Assembly: GCA_041487875.1 (NCBI GenBank)
Contig: JBGPOE010000010.1
Location: 4,453 to 68,452, forward strand
Reading direction: 5' to 3'
DNA length: 64,000 nucleotides
Origin: Gemmatimonadota bacterium
GTDB taxonomy: Bacteria; Gemmatimonadota; Gemmatimonadetes; Gemmatimonadales; GWC2-71-9
Position 1 is the stretch's first letter. Each line of letters opens with the position of its first letter. A program made the translations under genes and the position numbers. The notes beneath the pieces were generated by a model, which saw only the letters and a list, made by a program, of their open reading frames with translations, was not told the origin of the DNA and ran no database searches. Shown in pieces: positions 9,754-18,585 of this stretch.

Positions 9754-10590
9754 ATGGGCCCGCAACGGATGTTCGGCATGACCCCCTGGGTGCGGCGACT
9801 GATGGTCGCCAACCTCTTCGTGTTCCTGCTGCAGAGCACGCTGTTCACCTCTCCCGCGTTCGTACAGCAATTCGGCTTCAATCCGCTGTTCGCGCTGGCG
9901 CGCCCGTGGACGTTCGTCACCTACCAGTTCCTGCACGGCGGCGTCCTGCATCTCGCGTTCAACATGCTGGCGCTGTACGTGTTCGGGCCGCCCGTGGAGG
10001 AGCGGATGGGCGGGCGGGCGTTCTTGTCGTACTACCTACTGTGCGGCTTCGGCGGAGCGATCCTGTCGTTCGGCCTGCTGCAGCTGCCGCGGCCGATGGG
10101 AACCGTGATCGGCGCTTCGGGCGCCATCTATGGGGTCGCCCTGGCGTTCGCGTGGTACTGGCCGAACGAGCCGATTTACGTGTTCCCCTTGCCCGAGCCG
10201 ATCGCGGCGAAATGGCTGGTGGCATTCGCGGTCATCATCTCGCTGGTGCTGGCCTTCCTGTCGCAAGCGGACGGCGTGGCGCACCTCGCGCACCTGGGCG
10301 GCTTCGCGGCGGGGCTCGTCTATCTCAAGACGCAGGACTGGCGCGTGACGCGCGCCGAACGGCGCCTGCGGGCCGCCGCGCCGCCGGGTGTGCTGGTGCA
10401 TCCCGCAGCGCGCGTGGCGCGCGGCAGCGACGCCCATCCGCGGCCCAGCCGCCCGGCGGACCGTGATCGTGCGCAGCACGAGATCGACCGTGTGCTCGAC
10501 AAGATCTCCGCGTCGGGCCTCCAGAGTCTCACCCCCGCCGAGCGCAAGTTTCTCACCGAGATCAGCAAGCGCATGCGCCGCCCGCAGTAG
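9754..10590 (+). CDS. rhomboid-family intramembrane serine protease
   Basis: Catalytic Ser motif GASGAIYG and His motif HLAHLGGF within multiple hydrophobic helices. Confidence 0.8.
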   Translation: MGPQRMFGMTPWVRRLMVANLFVFLLQSTLFTSPAFVQQFGFNPLFALARPWTFVTYQFLHGGVLHLAFNMLALYVFGPPVEERMGGRAFLSYYLLCGFGGAILSFGLLQLPRPMGTVIGASGAIYGVALAFAWYWPNEPIYVFPLPEPIAAKWLVAFAVIISLVLAFLSQADGVAHLAHLGGFAAGLVYLKTQDWRVTRAERRLRAAAPPGVLVHPAARVARGSDAHPRPSRPADRDRAQHEIDRVLDKISASGLQSLTPAERKFLTEISKRMRRPQ

Positions 10591-10611
10591 CCCTATGCCG
10601 GGGGCACGGCC

Positions 10612-12621
10612 GTGATCGCGCTGGTGCTCGTCCTGGCGCTCCAGGACACCGCAAGCTACGCGCGCGCCGAATCACTACTCGCCCGAGGCCAGGTCAACGC
10701 CGCGATCGAGGTGGCCCGCAAGCTGGCGCGGCGTGAGCCCGACGACCCCCGCGTGCAGCTGCTCCTGGGTCGCGCCTATTACGCCCGCCCCATCACCGGC
10801 CGGTATGACGCGCTCGCGGCCTTCCAGAAAGCCGCCCGGCTCGCGCCCACCGATCCCGAGCCGTTGTACTGGCAGATGCGCGTGGGCTGGTATTTGGGCT
10901 CCGACGAGGGCGAGGTGATCGCCCGCGAAGCCATGCTGCGGCTGTTCGCGCTCGACCCCGACTACCGGGACGCCTGGCAGCGCTTCGGCGAGATCTACCA
11001 CAACGCGGACATCTGGCGCCGCGCCGACCGCGCCCTGGCGCGCCACGGCGACCAGCCTGCAGCCCTCCTGCACCGCGCCGAGTTGGCGCTCGCCTTGGGC
11101 CAGCCCGCCGTCACGGACTCCTTGCTCGCCCGGCGCCCCGCCGGCCTGCCCGACGTGAACGCCTTCCTGCTACGCGCGGAGGCGGGGTTCGACGCGGGCC
11201 GCGACACGGCCGGGTACGCGTGGTACGACTCCGCGCTGGTCTACGCCGACTACGACTCGACCGACGCGATCTGGGGCCAGGTCTGGATGATCGCCTCGCC
11301 CGAGGAAGCGGCGCGTTACGACAGCACGGCACCGGGCGAGCGGCGCGTTTTCTTCGAGCGCTTCTGGGCCACGCGCGACCCGGATCTATTCACCAGCGCG
11401 AACGAGCGCATCGGCGAGCACTACCGCCGCCTCGCCTACACGCGCCACTGGTTCAAGCTGCTGCACCCACTCACGCTGTATCACCGCTCGGCGCGCTACC
11501 GCGCGCTCACGAATTTCGGCGCGCGGTCGATCCTTGGCGCCTACGCCGACAGTCTTCCGGACCTCCTGCCCACGCGGACCGACCGGCTGCCCACGGCCAC
11601 AGGGTTGGGAGCCGATCCCGGCGCCGTGGGCGACACCACCCACAGCCGCACGATGTCCGCGCGCGCCGGGCTCGACGCGCGGGGCCTCGTGTGGATCCGT
11701 CAGGGCCCGCCCGATCTGCGCGTGTACGGCATCCCGGATCCGCTGCGCCCGATGGAAAACGTGGCGAGCCCCCTCGACATGGAGGGCTGGACGTACTACA
11801 CGCCGCGCGGGCCGCTCACCATCGCGTTCGCGCGGGGGTCCACGGGATTCGCGGGCGGTCAGATGGGCGGCGACTTCATCTTCTTCCCGGTGTCACCCCG
11901 CCAAGTGGCGAGCGCGCGCCGCCTGCTCGAGGGCGACCGCAGTACGCTGCCCGCGCCGTTCGGCGCCGCGCTGTTCATCGCGTACTTCCGCAGCGACCAG
12001 CTGGGCCGCACGGACTTGGCCTTCGCGAGCACGGGCGACTCGGCCGCGGCGGTGCTGTGGGACGGCACGGGCGACGAAATCGGCCGGGGATCGGGCGCGG
12101 CGGCCTTCGTGGTGAGCGTGCCGCCCGGCCGCCTGCAGCTCGGCTTCAACGCGGACTCGGGCAGCCGGCTGGGGCGGCTCAATGCCCGGATCGACGTGCC
12201 CGACCTGTGGACGCCGCCGCTCGCGCTGTCGAGCCTGTTGCTCGCGGCGGGCGATTCGCTGGCCGACCGCGCGACGACGCTCGCGCGCGTGCCGCCGGCG
12301 CTCACCTACGCCGCCGGTGCACCGCTCGCCGCCTACAGCGAGATCTACGGCCTCGCCGTGGACGGCGCCGGCCGGGCGCATTACACGGCCCGCTACACGT
12401 TCGAGCGCATCCAGTCCGCCGTGGGCCGGCTGTTCGGCGCCGCGCATCCGGTGGTGTTCGAGTTCACGCGCGATGTGCCGGGCCGTGAAACGGTGCGGGA
12501 GCAAGTCGTCATCGCGCCGGGGCGCGTGCCCCCCGGACACTATCGGGTGACCGTGGCGGTGACCGACCTTTGGCGAAATGTCAAGTCGCAGTCGGTGGCG
12601 CTCGACGTGACCCTGCGTTGA
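10612..12621 (+). CDS. GWxTD-domain family protein with N-terminal TPR repeats
   Basis: FFERFWATRDPD...EHYRRLAYTRHWF, then GLDARGLVWIRQGPPD (a degenerate GWxTDRG...G.PD) and EGWTYY. This parallels the clearer paralogue at 31746..33101. Confidence 0.55.
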   Translation: MIALVLVLALQDTASYARAESLLARGQVNAAIEVARKLARREPDDPRVQLLLGRAYYARPITGRYDALAAFQKAARLAPTDPEPLYWQMRVGWYLGSDEGEVIAREAMLRLFALDPDYRDAWQRFGEIYHNADIWRRADRALARHGDQPAALLHRAELALALGQPAVTDSLLARRPAGLPDVNAFLLRAEAGFDAGRDTAGYAWYDSALVYADYDSTDAIWGQVWMIASPEEAARYDSTAPGERRVFFERFWATRDPDLFTSANERIGEHYRRLAYTRHWFKLLHPLTLYHRSARYRALTNFGARSILGAYADSLPDLLPTRTDRLPTATGLGADPGAVGDTTHSRTMSARAGLDARGLVWIRQGPPDLRVYGIPDPLRPMENVASPLDMEGWTYYTPRGPLTIAFARGSTGFAGGQMGGDFIFFPVSPRQVASARRLLEGDRSTLPAPFGAALFIAYFRSDQLGRTDLAFASTGDSAAAVLWDGTGDEIGRGSGAAAFVVSVPPGRLQLGFNADSGSRLGRLNARIDVPDLWTPPLALSSLLLAAGDSLADRATTLARVPPALTYAAGAPLAAYSEIYGLAVDGAGRAHYTARYTFERIQSAVGRLFGAAHPVVFEFTRDVPGRETVREQVVIAPGRVPPGHYRVTVAVTDLWRNVKSQSVALDVTLR

Positions 12622-12676
12622 GCGAGGCTTGTCTCCGCGTTAGCGAGTTCCCAGATTGGGGCCTGTCACGGGCCCC

Positions 12677-13612
12677 ATGCTCGTCAATCTCGTCCCCGAG
12701 TTCCTCTCTTGCTGTGCCGCGCCCGATCCCGTTGCGGCCTACCACGACTACCTCGATCGTCACCGTCCCATCCTCGCGAGCTACTGGCACAATTACGTGC
12801 TGGCGCTCGACTCGCCGCACGCCGCCGACATCATTCGCGACACGCTGCGCGCCGAGCGCGCCGATCTGCGCCGCCTGCTGGAAGACGTGGACGTGGTGGC
12901 GATCGCCGAGGAGGCGCTGCGGCGCTCGCGCGAAACGCTCGAGGCCGATTGCCCGGTGGATCTCTATCTCACCGTGGGCGTCGGCGCCGCCAACGCGGGC
13001 GAGCTGGTCGTGGGCGGCCGGGGCATCGCGTTCGTGTGCCTGGAGCATTTTACCGGCCGGCCCAACCCCGAGACCAGCGGCCTGGGGCTCGCGCCGCACT
13101 TGCTGCCCCTGTGGATCGCCCACGAGGTGGCCCATGCCGTCCGCTACACCTCGCCCACGAGTCGCGCCGACCTGCGCCGCCTGGTCGCCGGGCAGTACGA
13201 CTACTGGGAGACCGGCAGCCGGGCGAGCGTGCGGGAGTTGCTCGTGAACGAGGGTGTGGCGGTGGCCGCCGCACGGGCGGTAGCGCCGGGCTTCGAGCCG
13301 TGGGAGTACTTCGGGTACACGCGCCGCCAGTACCGCCGGCTGCGTGAGCTCGACGCCTACCTGCGCCGCGCCGTGGCGCCCGACCTCGACGTCGCGGGGC
13401 TCGGCCTGCGACTGCGGTACCTGTCGGGCGGCATGAGCGCCGCGGCGCGCCTGGTGAGCGGCAAAGTCCTCCCCGAGCGCGCGGGCTATTATCTGGGCTT
13501 CCGAATGATCGAGAGCTACCTGGACGGGGCCGGTATCGCGGCCACCGTACGCGCCACCACGGCCGAGCTGCGCCAGGCGGACGACCGCGCCCTGGGCATC
13601 CAGACCGCATGA
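12677..13612 (+). CDS. putative Zn-dependent protease-like protein (DUF2268-like, HExxH)
   Basis: HEVAH motif in WIAHEVAHAVRY. Start taken as ATG 12677 (MLVNLV...); the ORF-track start 12656 is a TTG. Confidence 0.5.
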   Translation: MLVNLVPEFLSCCAAPDPVAAYHDYLDRHRPILASYWHNYVLALDSPHAADIIRDTLRAERADLRRLLEDVDVVAIAEEALRRSRETLEADCPVDLYLTVGVGAANAGELVVGGRGIAFVCLEHFTGRPNPETSGLGLAPHLLPLWIAHEVAHAVRYTSPTSRADLRRLVAGQYDYWETGSRASVRELLVNEGVAVAAARAVAPGFEPWEYFGYTRRQYRRLRELDAYLRRAVAPDLDVAGLGLRLRYLSGGMSAAARLVSGKVLPERAGYYLGFRMIESYLDGAGIAATVRATTAELRQADDRALGIQTA

Positions 13613-13818
13613 GCCCCAAGCGCAAGACGCCCGCCGAGCGCCGCAAGAACCGCCCCCTGCGGGAGGTCCTGGACGACCTGTTGAGCCACGCCCGCGACGT
13701 CAGCCGCCGCGCCCGCGACATGACCCCCCAGGAGATGGAATACGCCCAACAACGCTTGGAATGGCTGGCGGACGAGGTCTGGCGGGTGGCCACGGGCGGC
13801 GAGGAGCCGCCAGCGTAG
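13609..13818 (+). CDS. hypothetical small protein (69 aa)
   Basis: ATG overlaps the upstream stop (ATGA). Codon third positions are strongly G/C as in neighbouring genes. No recognisable motif. Confidence 0.45.
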   Translation: MSPKRKTPAERRKNRPLREVLDDLLSHARDVSRRARDMTPQEMEYAQQRLEWLADEVWRVATGGEEPPA

Positions 13819-13826
13819 ATTGCGGT

Positions 13827-14330
13827 ATGGCAACGAGCGGTCGATTCCGGGTAGCGGTGACCAAGGAGGACTTGGTCTTCGCAGCCGCCCATTTCATCAC
13901 GCTGGCGGGACACCGCTGTGAAGCGCTGCACGGGCACAACTACCGTGTCGGCGTCACGCTCGAGGGCGCGCTCGACACGGACAGTTGGTTCGTCGTGGAT
14001 TTCGCCGCGGTGAAGCGCGTCATGCGCCAGCTCACGAGCGAGCTCGACCACCGCGTCCTCCTGCCCCTCGAGAATCCCAAACTTGCCGTCACCACCGGGG
14101 CGGGGAGTGTTCGCGTGGCTTACGACGGCGAACCGCGCTACGTCTTTCCGGTGAAGGACTGCATGCTCCTGCCGATCCCCAACACCACCGTGGAGATGCT
14201 GGCACAGTATCTCACCGCACGCCTGCGGCACGAGCTCGCGGGCCTCGGCGTCGCCGGCCTGCGCGCGATCGAGCTCGAAGTGGAAGAGAACTTCGGGCAA
14301 TCCGCGAGCTACCGCGAAACACTGGACTGA
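13827..14330 (+). CDS. 6-pyruvoyl-tetrahydropterin synthase / 6-carboxy-tetrahydropterin synthase (PTPS/QueD) family
   Basis: CEALHGHNYRV (C-x3-HGH) Zn/active-site signature. Start is ATG 13827, inside ORF 13761..14330. Confidence 0.75.
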   Translation: MATSGRFRVAVTKEDLVFAAAHFITLAGHRCEALHGHNYRVGVTLEGALDTDSWFVVDFAAVKRVMRQLTSELDHRVLLPLENPKLAVTTGAGSVRVAYDGEPRYVFPVKDCMLLPIPNTTVEMLAQYLTARLRHELAGLGVAGLRAIELEVEENFGQSASYRETLD

Positions 14331-14341
14331 GGGCTGCGACC

Positions 14342-14683
14342 ATGGCCAAAGAATCCGCCTACACCGATGCCCAGATCGCCGCAGAGTTGAAGGGGTTACC
14401 GGGCTGGCGCTACGAAGGCGGCGCGCTGCGCCGCACGTACAAGACCGACGGCTGGCCCACCACCTTGATGCTCGTGAACGCACTCGGCTTCTACGCCGAG
14501 GCGGCCGACCATCATCCCGATCTCGAGGTGCACTGGGGCGCGGTGGCGGTAGCGCTGTCGACTCACAGCGCGGGTGGCATCACGCCCCAGGATGTCGCGC
14601 TGGCGAAGCTGTTCGAGCAGGCGGCGCTGTGGCAGGCGGGGCCGCCGTTCCGGCCGGCGGAGAAATTCGTGCGAAAAGGGTGA
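14342..14683 (+). CDS. phhB: pterin-4-alpha-carbinolamine dehydratase
   Basis: LPGW...DHHPDLEVHWGAVAVALSTH matches the PCD signature (HHP...). Confidence 0.85.
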   Translation: MAKESAYTDAQIAAELKGLPGWRYEGGALRRTYKTDGWPTTLMLVNALGFYAEAADHHPDLEVHWGAVAVALSTHSAGGITPQDVALAKLFEQAALWQAGPPFRPAEKFVRKG

Positions 14684-14693
14684 AGCGTTATCC

Positions 14694-16046
14694 TCACTTC
14701 CCGACACAAAAACTCCCAAACACCCGGTCCAGCACGTCGTCCGGCGTGACGACGCCGATCAAGTCGTCCAACGCCGTCACCGCCGCGCGCAGGTGCGTCG
14801 CCGCGGCGGCCGCGTCCACGCCCGCCGCCCGCGCCGCGTGAAACGCCTCCAGCTCCGCGAGCGCCTGTTCCAGCGCCGTGCGATGCCGCGCGCGCGTCAC
14901 GACCGGCTCCACATCGCCCAGCGACAGCAATCGCCCGAACGCCGCCTCCGCTAACCGGCGCTTCAAGGCGTCGAGCCCCGCGCCGCTGACGGTAGAGACT
15001 GACATAGCGGGCGGGCGGGCAGGCGGGCAGTCGGGTAGATCGGATTTCGTGGCCACTTCGATCACTGGTGCGCGCACTTCCGCGAAGAACTCCTCCCGTG
15101 CACCGTGCAACCCCGCACCCCGCACGGCGCACTCCTCACAATACAGCACCATGTCCGCGGCGCCGAGATACTTCCGGCTCACCTCGATGCCAATTTTCTC
15201 TACGCGATCCTCACTCGCCCGCAGCCCCGCCGTATCCACCAGCCGAAACGGGAAGCCCTCGAGGACAGCGGCTGCTTCGATGGCGTCGCGCGTGGTGCCG
15301 GGAATTTCGGTGACGATAGCGCGCTCGTTGCCGAGCAGGGCGTTGAACAGCGACGACTTGCCGGCGTTCGGCGGCCCCGCAATCACCACCAGTGCGCCTT
15401 CGCGCAGCCGTTCGCCTTCCGGCGCGGTGTCGAGCAACCGCTTGACGCGATCACGCACCACGGTCCAGGCAGCACGCACGCGCGTTTCGCTGACCGGACC
15501 CTCGTCTTCTTCGGGGAAATCGATGTCGTAGGCGATGAGCGCCTCGAGCTCGAGCACGTCCGCACGCAGGGCGGCCAGCCGCTCGGAGAGTCCGCGGTCG
15601 AGCTGCTGCAGCGCGCGGCGCCGCTGGGCGGGGGAGCCCGCGTCGATCAGGTCCGCAGTGGCTTCGGCTCGCAGCAGGTCCATCTTGCCGTTGAGCACCG
15701 CGCGGCGCGTGAACTCACCGGGCTCCGCGAGACGCGCGCCCGCCGCCACCAGCGCCGCCAGCGCGTCGGCCGGGACCACGAGGCCGCCGTGCGTCGAGAT
15801 CTCGACCAGATCGTCGCCGGTGTAGGAGTGCGGCTCGGGAAAGCAGACGGCCAGCACGTCGTCAATGGGCTCGCCGCTCGTGGGATGGTGCAGCGTCGCC
15901 CGCACCACCGCCCGGGCCGGGTCGGGGCGAAAAGGGGCAAGACAACGGGCCGCGAGCGCGAACGCGCCGCGGCCCGACAGCCGGATCAGCGCGATCGCGG
16001 AGCGGCCGGGAGGCGTCGCAAGCGCAACGATCGGATCGCTGAGCAC
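14694..16046 (-). CDS. mnmE: tRNA modification GTPase MnmE
   Basis: G1 motif GPPNAGKSSLFNAL, IPGTTRD, DTAGLR, and the C-terminal CVGK tetrapeptide typical of MnmE. Confidence 0.95.
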   Translation of the reverse strand: MLSDPIVALATPPGRSAIALIRLSGRGAFALAARCLAPFRPDPARAVVRATLHHPTSGEPIDDVLAVCFPEPHSYTGDDLVEISTHGGLVVPADALAALVAAGARLAEPGEFTRRAVLNGKMDLLRAEATADLIDAGSPAQRRRALQQLDRGLSERLAALRADVLELEALIAYDIDFPEEDEGPVSETRVRAAWTVVRDRVKRLLDTAPEGERLREGALVVIAGPPNAGKSSLFNALLGNERAIVTEIPGTTRDAIEAAAVLEGFPFRLVDTAGLRASEDRVEKIGIEVSRKYLGAADMVLYCEECAVRGAGLHGAREEFFAEVRAPVIEVATKSDLPDCPPARPPAMSVSTVSGAGLDALKRRLAEAAFGRLLSLGDVEPVVTRARHRTALEQALAELEAFHAARAAGVDAAAAATHLRAAVTALDDLIGVVTPDDVLDRVFGSFCVGK

Positions 16047-16071
16047 GTCGCCCGCCTCCCGTCCGCCGGTC

Positions 16072-17718
16072 TTACGTCTTGCCCTGCTGCCGCAGGCGCC
16101 GTTGCGCGATCATGTACTGCTGCGGGATGCTCGCGATGTTGCTCACCAGATAATAGAGGTTGAGCCCCGACGCGAGCCGGAAGAACAACATCGTCATCAT
16201 CACGGGCAGGAAGTACATCATCGTCTTCATCTGCGGGTTGGGCGGCACGCCCTTCTGCCCCACCTTCGACAAGACGAACATCGACAACCCCAACAACACC
16301 GGAATCACGTGCAGTGGATCGGCGCGCGACAGGTCCGGCAGCCACAACCACGGCACGCCGCGGAACTCGATCGTATTGGAGAACACGAAGAACAACGCCA
16401 GCAGCACCGGCCAAGGCAGGAGCATCGGCAGGCACCCGCCCAGCGGATTGACGTTGTGCTCCTTGTACACCCGCATCATTTCCTTTTGCAGCTTCTCAGG
16501 GTCGTTCTTGTGTTTCGCTTGAATTTCCTGAACGATCGGCTGGACCACCGCCATCCGCATCTGCGATTCCATGGCCTTCTGGTTCAGCGGCCACAACAGC
16601 AGGCGGATCAGTATCCCGAACGCCACCAGGACCCAGCCGTACGCCAGGTGGAGGTGCTCGTGCACCCACAACAGAATGTTCACCACCAGGACGGACACGG
16701 GCTTCACGATCGGCCGGAAGATCCAGCCGTAGGGATTGGCGTCGTCCAGATCGTGACCGACTTTGGCGAGTGTGCGGTACTCGAGCGGCCCGGTGAACAG
16801 GTCGTAGCGGAATTCGCCGGCCGGCGCCACGGGCAGCGTGAGGGCCAGCGCGGCCCGCGTCGCGTACTTGCCGGATCGCTCACCGCCCACCGCCACCGCA
16901 CCCGCGAACTGCGGCTGGTTTTCGTCGAGCGCCAGTGCCGCGGCGAGGAAATACTTCGACTTTACCCCCACCCACTCGAACGGCCCGTCCAACACCGCCA
17001 TCTCGCCCGGCTTGAGCGAGCCGAAGTCCTTGCGCTCGGACTTCCCCGCTTTGGTGACCACCGCGAAGTGGCGGTAGTCGTCCACCGAGTCGCCCTCCAC
17101 CGAGCGGAGGCCGTCGCCCATGCCCACGACCAGCACCGCGCCCTGGGGGCCGAGCCCTGTGACCTGGCCCCGGACCCCGAACCGGTAGGCGCCGGGGTCG
17201 AAGGTGTAGGTGATGCGCACCTCCACGCCCCCGCGCTGGGCCGTGAATGTGACGGCCGAGCCCGGGCCGTTCACCGCGAGCCCCCGGGCGGACGGCGCGA
17301 AGTCCCAGTCCGCGAGCGACACGGTGTCCTGCCCCACCACGAGCTTCAGTCCGAGCAGTGGGCGATCGTCCGGGACGAGCTGCACGCGGCGGCCCGCGTC
17401 ACCGGGCGCAAAGGATTGGAATTGCTGGAGCTGCGCTTGGACGAGCTGCGCGCCGTGCGTCGAAAAGCCCAGCCGCTCGAGAGGGGTGCTGACCCAGACG
17501 GTCTCGGCCGTGGCGGCGAGCGCGGCGGGCCGGCGGGCTGACGGGCTGGCGGGCTGGCGCGGCGCGCCCGTCGCAGTCGGCGCCGCGGCCGGAGCCACGG
17601 CCGTACTGTCCGCCTGTGCGGACTGCCCGACCGGCGCCTGCTTCGGCGGCCACAGGATTCCGGGGAGCAAAGCGATCAGCAGCATGAGACCGATCGCGAG
17701 GATGAAGCGTCGTTCCAC
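16072..17718 (-). CDS. yidC: membrane protein insertase YidC
   Basis: 548 aa. Large periplasmic domain followed by the conserved 60-kDa insertase core (WPLNQKAMESQMRM...GGCLPMLLPWPVLLALFF). Confidence 0.95.
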   Translation of the reverse strand: MERRFILAIGLMLLIALLPGILWPPKQAPVGQSAQADSTAVAPAAAPTATGAPRQPASPSARRPAALAATAETVWVSTPLERLGFSTHGAQLVQAQLQQFQSFAPGDAGRRVQLVPDDRPLLGLKLVVGQDTVSLADWDFAPSARGLAVNGPGSAVTFTAQRGGVEVRITYTFDPGAYRFGVRGQVTGLGPQGAVLVVGMGDGLRSVEGDSVDDYRHFAVVTKAGKSERKDFGSLKPGEMAVLDGPFEWVGVKSKYFLAAALALDENQPQFAGAVAVGGERSGKYATRAALALTLPVAPAGEFRYDLFTGPLEYRTLAKVGHDLDDANPYGWIFRPIVKPVSVLVVNILLWVHEHLHLAYGWVLVAFGILIRLLLWPLNQKAMESQMRMAVVQPIVQEIQAKHKNDPEKLQKEMMRVYKEHNVNPLGGCLPMLLPWPVLLALFFVFSNTIEFRGVPWLWLPDLSRADPLHVIPVLLGLSMFVLSKVGQKGVPPNPQMKTMMYFLPVMMTMLFFRLASGLNLYYLVSNIASIPQQYMIAQRRLRQQGKT

Positions 17719-17732
17719 GTTCGCGTCCTATC

Positions 17733-17960
17733 CTATGGCACCGGGTCGTAGCCGCCGGGATGAAACGGGTGACAGCGCAGGATGCGCCGGATGCCGAGCC
17801 AGGTGCCCTTGAGCGCGCCGTAGCGCTCCACCGCTTCGTACGTGTAGTGCGAGCAGCTCGGCATGAAGCGACACTGCGTCAACATCATGTGCGACAGCGT
17901 ACGCTGGTAGCCCACGATCAGTGCCATCACCGCGACCCGGGGCCAGCGTGCAAAGTTCAC
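17733..17960 (-). CDS. yidD: membrane protein insertion efficiency factor YidD
   Basis: [49 protein letters not shown] 17960 overlaps the rnpA TGA (GTGA); ATG 17927 is an alternative start. Confidence 0.85.
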   Translation of the reverse strand: MNFARWPRVAVMALIVGYQRTLSHMMLTQCRFMPSCSHYTYEAVERYGALKGTWLGIRRILRCHPFHPGGYDPVP

Positions 17961-18385
17961 GATACGCGCGCCAGCGCGTCGGTCAATTCGGCGTGCAGGA
18001 CTGCAAAGGAGGCGGCGTACGCGCCACGGCGGGCGCGTATCACGACATCGATGGCGGGAAGTCGCGACAGCGCGTGGCGGCGCAGAATCTCGCGGAGACG
18101 GCGGCGCAAACGATTGCGGGCCACCGCACTCTGGGAATGGCGGGGTACGACGATGCCCACGCGGGGATGGCCTTTGGTGTTCGATTGCCAGGCGAGATCG
18201 AGATGCGGGGCGCGCCGGCGCTGACCCTGCTCCCAGCACGTCGCGAGCTCCGAGGCGCGGGCGAGACGCGCGCGGCGAGGGAACCGCTCGCTCGTTACCG
18301 CTTGCCCCGGTGCTTGGACGGCAGCCGGACCGTGAGCTGCTTGCGCCCCTTCTTGCGGCGTCGCGACAGTACCGCGCGTCCCCAC
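17957..18385 (-). CDS. rnpA: ribonuclease P protein component
   Basis: [13 protein letters not shown]...[28 protein letters not shown] matches the RnpA core (RNR motif). The only canonical in-frame start upstream of the core is GTG 18385, which lies 91 nt inside rpmH. Confidence 0.8.
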   Translation of the reverse strand: MGTRGTVATPQEGAQAAHGPAAVQAPGQAVTSERFPRRARLARASELATCWEQGQRRRAPHLDLAWQSNTKGHPRVGIVVPRHSQSAVARNRLRRRLREILRRHALSRLPAIDVVIRARRGAYAASFAVLHAELTDALARVS

Positions 18386-18459
18386 CTGTCCGCCATGCGC
18401 GCGCGGAATCCGTGCTTGTTGATGCGTCGCCGATTGCGCGGTCGATATGTCGGGCCCAT
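18295..18459 (-). CDS. rpmH: 50S ribosomal protein L34
   Basis: Manual translation gives [54 protein letters not shown] (54 aa). It is below the ORF-track length cut-off. Confidence 0.9.
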   Translation of the reverse strand: MGPTYRPRNRRRINKHGFRARMADRWGRAVLSRRRKKGRKQLTVRLPSKHRGKR

Positions 18460-18518
18460 CGCTGCCTCCGTAAGGGCGGGAAACCTACACGGTCGCGCGC
18501 GGACGGGTCAAGGTTGAC

Positions 18519-18527
18519 TTTTCCACA
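18519..18527 (+). promoter_or_regulatory. DnaA-box-like 9-mer TTTTCCACA upstream of dnaA
   Basis: 8/9 match to TTATCCACA, 59 nt upstream of the dnaA ATG, directly after a TTGACT hexamer (18514-18519). Confidence 0.4.
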
Positions 18528-18585
18528 CACGCCCCCCACTTTTTGGTCGCCCTTGCTCAACGTCCTTCCCTGATATCATTCGCCG

